Shown piece by piece: positions 57,777-64,000 of a DNA stretch of 64,000 nucleotides (position 1 is its first letter; each line of letters opens with the position of its first letter). The stretch lies in NCBI GenBank assembly GCA_964016885.1, contig OZ024758.1:13392001-13456000 (forward strand), read 5' to 3'. The translations under genes and the position numbers were made by a program. This stretch comes from Eledone cirrhosa. Its lineage: Eukaryota. The notes under the pieces are model-generated. The model had not been told where the DNA came from. It saw only the letters and a program-made list of their open reading frames with translations, and made no database searches.

Positions 57777-58391
57777 TAATAATAATAATAAGGATTTCTT
57801 TGTTGACCACTAGAGCCAAAACAAAAACAATAATAATTGTTTCTACTTTTGGCACAAGGCCAGCAATTACCCCAGTGTATTACTGGTACTTTATTTTATC
57901 GACACCGTAAGGATGAAAGGCAAAGTTAACCTCGGCGGGATTTGAACTCAGATCATAAAGGACCGTAACTCTTTGCTGTAAAGCATGACGTCCGACCCTC
58001 TACCGATACTGCCAATCCACCTTAAATTTATAATGAATGAAAAAAACAATGTTGTCTCTGATGGAGATGAAGTGAGAGTGTGTTTGAATACATATAAAAA
58101 AAAGAAAACCCATCGCTAGAACAGCTGTTAAACAGCTAGATGCTGTCAAAAACAGCGATGGGCAAACATGCCTCAGAGGACAAAGACCAGCAGCCGGTGG
58201 TCAACAGAGAAACAAACCACAAGTTACTTCTGTGCGTCAAGACATTTCCCCTTGTCTGGCTCCTCTTGCAATCTTTTCTATATTTCATCTGCCTGTTGCC
58301 CACCTTGTCGATTGTTTCCCTGTATTTCAGACAACAACTTCTACAGAATTGTTATTGATAATACAAACATACATACATCATAAATATATGT

Positions 58392-58667
58392 GGAGGCACG
58401 TGGCCTAGTGGTAAGGGTGTTGGGTTTACAACCATAATGTCGTTGGTTTGATTCCTGGGTTGTGTGTTGTGTTCTTGAACAAAACACTTCATTTCATGTT
58501 GCTCCAGCATACTCAGCTGAAAACGAGTACCAGAAATAGCTGGTACAACTTGCATTGGACTGGCGTCCTGTCCAGGGGGAAGTCTTTTACTCTCAGTCAC
58601 TTTATGCCATGAAACCGGGATAAGTAAGCACCGGCCAAATGAGCCTTCTGGCTTAAGACAGACTTTA
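58392..58667 (+). mobile_element. tRNA-derived SINE family A2; second copy at 14011-14470(-) is split by a family B SINE
   Basis: Head ggaggcacgtggcctagtggtaagg, related core, distinct tail ...ccggccaaatgagccttctggcttaagacagacttta. Confidence 0.8.
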
Positions 58668-58711
58668 GACTTTTAGTCATATATACATACATACCTACAT
58701 ATATATATGTG

Positions 58712-58776
<65 letters not shown>

Positions 58777-58816
58777 ATATATATATATATACATAGATAT
58801 TATTTGAATATTTCAG

Positions 58817-59047
58817 CTGGCTTGAGAAACCTATCCAACATACTAACTATTGGAATAGACTACGATGAGCTGGCCGAAGGGACCAAAGAATATGCTGAGA
58901 AACATGGCTGGTGGGACCCAGCTGAAGAAGAGTTCCACTTTGCTAAAACCTTTTGCCAGACATATTCTGAAGTGGAAAAAATGGATAAATTCACACACAG
59001 CAGATACGCTAGTGGACTTGAAATGTTGGAAGAATTTTCTAAGGATA
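58817..59047 (+). CDS. SCRN3: Secernin coding exon 4 (gene continues beyond window)
   Basis: Acceptor tttcag|; (S)GLRNLSNILTIG...YAEKHGWWDPAEEEFHFAKTF...SRYASGLEMLEEFSKD matches secernin G.RNISN.L.I...YA...GWW....FDFA...RY..G..LL; donor GTAAGT at 59048 (phase 1). Confidence 0.92.
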
Positions 59048-59837
59048 GTAAGTAACATTGTTTCTATGATTTTAATATACATTATATATGGCCCGAAAGT
59101 CTTGTCACCGCCTACCATAAAGTAATGAGAAACAGTTTATGTTCCCATTGCAGTATCGTCCTCTTTGGAGGAGCTGGTTTGCAGAATCTTGCAGTGAAGT
59201 CATGTAGCACATCCTCCATGCTCTTGCCAGAATGCAAACAGCCTCTCTTCCAAACTATAGGTGCTCTGAAATAGGAGCTCTGAAATTATATTGGATTGGC
59301 AGTATCGATAGAGGGTCAGACACCATGCTTTGACGCATAGAGTTACAATTATTATTATATATGATAATTAATTGTTTCTATTTTAGGCACAAGGCCAGCA
59401 AATACCCAGTACATTACTGGTACTTTATTTTATCGACCCCGTAAGGATAAAAGGCAAAGTTAACCTCGGCAGGATTTGAACTCAGATCATAAAGGGACGT
59501 AACTCTATGCTTCAAAGCATGGTGTCCGACTCTCTACCGATACTGCCAATCCACTGCCCATTATATGTGATAATTAATAATATTACATATTATATTATTA
59601 AAACAAAAAAATAATTGTTTCTAAATTTGGCACAAGGCCAGCAATTACCCAGTACATTACTGGTACTTTATTTTATCGACCCTGTAAGGATGAAAGGCAA
59701 AGTTAACCTCGGCGGGATTAAAACAAAAAAATAATGAAAGATAAAACAATATGTGACAAGGGGTGACCTTTCGGACCACCCTGTATTTATACATACATAC
59801 ATATATATATACATATACATATACATATATAGATATA

Positions 59838-59893
<56 letters not shown>

Positions 59894-60234
59894 TAAAGAG
59901 AGAGAAAGAGAGAGTGGATGGTGATGGATAGATGGATTGATAAATAAATAGATAATTAGTATCATCATCATCACTATTTTGCAGCCGTCTTCCATGCTGA
60001 CATGGGTTATACACACAGACAAACAGATACACACACACATACACACAGATACACCCCCCCCCCCCCACACACACGCACACACACACACAGAGGGGATGAA
60101 CTCTCTTGTTGATGTTGAAGACTGAGTGTTCCAGTTGATCAACAAATGGAACCGTCAACACAATAAATGTTCTACACACACTCACAGAACTGTATATATA
60201 TATATATATATGTATATATACAGAACTGTATATA

Positions 60235-60299
<65 letters not shown>

Positions 60300-60332
60300 T
60301 AAAATAACAGATTAATGGGATTTTCTATACAT

Positions 60333-60380
<48 letters not shown>

Positions 60381-60406
60381 GTATATATATATATGTATAT
60401 ATATAT

Positions 60407-60678
<272 letters not shown>

Positions 60679-60985
60679 AAAAATAAATTCTATAAACAAA
60701 TAAATTTCTAGACTTTGTCTAAAAACCATTTTTGTTTTTTAGGTTTAGTTCAAACCATTCCTCAACTCTGAGACTGATTGATATTGATGGCTATTGATGG
60801 CTATTGATGGCTATATGAACAGTCTGATTGTGTGAGGGAATATATTGTTCATTTGTTCAGATTTCATTGGAGCAGAATGAGATCCATATAAGGTCAAAAT
60901 CAACAATCCTGTTGTTTTCATTTGTTGATTTTGTTGAATCTATTTTAGTACAAGGCTAGAATTAATGTGGAATTAATAGCTATGT

Positions 60986-61078
<93 letters not shown>

Positions 61079-61138
61079 ATCAAAAGATGGTTAAAGGAGT
61101 TCCATGTATTTTATTGTACAATAAAACTCACCTCCTAC

Positions 61139-61209
<71 letters not shown>

Positions 61210-61249
61210 TATATATATATTTATATATATATATATATATATATATTTT

Positions 61250-61284
<35 letters not shown>

Positions 61285-61844
61285 ATATAGTAAAACCTAC
61301 TCCAGCCAGTAGGCATCTCTAACAAAATACACCCCGTCCCACCACCACCACCCCCACCCCATCCACACCACCCCGTTCTATGTAAAGTTATGTTGGTGCC
61401 GCGCCATTGAGGCCGAAACAAATGAGATCGTGTAGGTGTCACGACAAAAAAACACACCGTCCACGCTGTAATGTGGCCGTGTAGGCAACACGGTAAAAAC
61501 CTCCCAGCCCCACACTGTAAATGTGGTTGGTGTTAGGAAGGGCATCCAACTGTAGAAAACCCGCCAGACAGTCCTATGCGAGCAAGACAATTACTCTTGC
61601 CTCAAGTGGGACTACCCCCGTCCAAACCCATGCAAGCGTGGAACACGGACGTTAAACGTTGATGATGATGATGATGATGATATCACACAAGACACCTCCA
61701 ACGAGATATACCTTGGAGGAGGCCAGCTAAACCTGCATAGGTGTGGGTTGTCACACACACACACATTTATGTATGCATGTATATATATATATATATTTAC
61801 ATAAACTGAGTTATACACACACAAGAATTTACATATATATATAT

Positions 61845-62290
61845 GGTATGGACATGTGATGTGCATGGAGGATGACCACTGGGTAAAGAAGTGCCAAGAA
61901 ATCCCAGTAAAAAGAAGACACAGTTGAGGAAGACCACGAAAAACATGGGCAGAGGTGGTGAGAGCTGATTTCAGATTGCTGAAACTCATGGAGGAGATGA
62001 CAAGGCACCATGACAAATGGAGAGATGCTGTGCTGAATAGGACCTGTCCCACCCTTGCAAGCAGGGAAAAGCAGACGTAAAATGATGATGAGGATGTATA
62101 TGTTGTCCAGGGAAAGGCTAACACCGATACAGTTTGGCACCAGTGACATCGCAATTCATTTTTAAGCTGAGTAAACTGGAGCAACATGAAATAAAGTGTC
62201 TTGCTCAAGGACATAACACATCACCCGGTTCGAGAATCGAACTTACAACCTTTCAATTGCAAGCCCAATGCTTTAACCACTAAGCCATGC
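61845..62290. mobile_element. RTE LINE 3' end (+) joined tail-to-tail to a tRNA-derived SINE (-)
   Basis: tggtatggacatgtgatg... (WYGHVM) to ...gcaagcagggaaaagcagacgtaaaatgatgatg, then the reverse complement of a SINE core and tRNA head ending ...accactaagccatgc. Confidence 0.8.
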
Positions 62291-62587
62291 AGTATAATAA
62301 TTAACAGTATAATAATTAATAATAACAGTTTAATAATTAAACATGTGAAATTATTTGTACTGAGAAAATGTGTTTCTTGTTGGCCTACTTTTCATATTGA
62401 TAATAATATTATTGATAATAATAATTTTGCTAGCAATAATTATGGCAGCTTTATTAAAATGATATTTTCATGGCAATAAGACAATAATTATTTTCAATAA
62501 GCAGCAATGTAGTGCAAAAGATAATAATTGTTGCCAAAGAATTGTTTAGAATTGTCTTAGAGATGTGTTAAAGGAAACAAATAACAA

Positions 62588-62656
<69 letters not shown>

Positions 62657-62759
62657 TTTCTCTCTCTCTCTCCCTCCTTCTCTCTCTCTCTCTCCCTCCT
62701 TCTCTCTCTCTCTCCCCCTTTCTCTCTCTCTCTCTGTATCTTTATTATATACATATATA

Positions 62760-64000
62760 CAACGCGATGACCAAAAACGTGAGGTGTTCAGGATTGCTAG
62801 GCAATGCGTCAAGGAAAACCGTGATATTGTCGGGGAGAAGTGTGTACTAAACGACGATGGCACACTTGCCATCACCGACGCTGATAAGAAGGTAGCTTGG
62901 AAGTGTCACTATGAAAGGCTTCTAAATGAGGAGAATAATTGGGAGAAAGGCAGTCTCCCCCATATCGACCCAATAGAGGGACCAGCAGTGTTAGTCGAGG
63001 GGAGTATAATAAGTAAGGCAATCAAGGATATGAAGACTGGTAAGGCGGCTGGGCCTTCGGAAATAGTTGCTGAGATGCTGAAGGCATCTGGCACGGTGGG
63101 ACACACCATGGTCACCCGCATAGTTAACCAAGTCGTACAGAACGGGGTTGTTCCGAAGGACTGGCATAGCAGCATCATCGTTAACTGTTATAAGGGTAAA
63201 GGAGACGCCCTAGATAGGAGTAACTATAGAGGCATTAAATTAATCGACCAGGTCATGAAGGTCACGGAAAGAGTAATAGCGCAACTAATCAGAGAGAGAA
63301 TTGACCTAGATGAAATGCAGTTCGGGTTTGTGTCAGGCAAAAGTACCACAGACGCTCTTTTCATAGTACGACAACTACAGGAGAAGTACCTAGCTAAAGG
63401 TAAACCCCTCTACTTAGCTTTTGTCGACTTGGAGAAAGCCTTCGACAGAGTCCCCCGCTCCATTATCTGGTGGGCTCTTAGAAAACTAGGCGTTGACGAA
63501 TGGCTTGTGAGGGCTATACAAGCCATGTATAAAGAAACAGTCAGCAAGGTTAGAATTAACAACGAATATAGTGAAGAGTTTAGCGTAAAAGTCGGCGTCC
63601 ATCAGGGCTCTGTTCTCAGTCCACTACTATTTATTATTGCCCTTCAGGCTATAACAGAGGAGTTCAAGACAGGCTGCCCATGGGAACTCCTATACGCAGA
63701 CGACCTGACACTCATAGCGGAATCAATGGCCGAGCTAGAGAAGAAATTCCAAACATGGAAGCACGGCCTAGAGTCAAAAGGACTTAAAATTAACCTGGCT
63801 AAGACCAAAGTACTAGTTTGTAGGAAAGAAAACAAGGCGGCGGTCCCTTCTGGGAAATGGTCGTGCTCGGTGTGTAGGAAAGGCGTAGGTAGAAACTCCA
63901 TTTTATGTCCTAAATGCAAAGTATGGGTGCATAAAAGATGTAGTGGGATCACAGGTAAGCTAACTAAGAACATAGATTTTACATGTGGCCGGTGCTCTGG
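62760..64000 (+). mobile_element. RTE-clade non-LTR retrotransposon, 5'-truncated RT frame running off the window
   Basis: Stop-free frame from 62760: ...KTGKAAGPSEI...YKGKGDALDRSNYRGIKL...QFGFVSGKSTTDALF...FVDLEKAFDRVPR...GVHQGSVLSPLLF...LLYADD (YADD at 63693-63704)...GLKINLAKTK, then a Cys/His cluster. Missing from the ORF track because it has no stop in the window. Confidence 0.95.

Overview
Eukaryotic, very AT-rich, repeat-saturated genomic DNA. The (TA)n/(CA)n/(ATC)n microsatellites and the SINE and RTE-LINE families suggest a coleoid cephalopod, probably Octopus (inference). The only host gene I can support is a + strand secernin (SCRN2/3-like Ntn-hydrolase, peptidase C69 family). Its first four coding exons are 44958-45146, 46019-46206, 55935-56140 and 58817-59047, with canonical GT-AG introns and matching phases; the 3' end lies beyond the window. 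The rest is mobile and repetitive DNA: an uninterrupted RTE-clade reverse transcriptase frame with a PHD-like finger (62760-end), Tx1/L1, CR1 and RTE LINE 3' fragments, several SINE families, piggyBac-, hAT- and mariner-type MITEs, and many minisatellites, several derived from SINE or MITE segments. Almost all ORFs in the supplied track are microsatellite artefacts. The most notable hidden signal is a set of minimal type I hammerhead ribozyme motifs sitting in or next to (TA)n tracts. The best one (37270-37365) lies in a 467-bp, highly structured, non-coding unit bounded by 185-bp direct repeats (retrozyme / Penelope pseudo-LTR-like), itself enclosed by 68-bp inverted repeats. All structures were paired by eye; no folding or database search was run.
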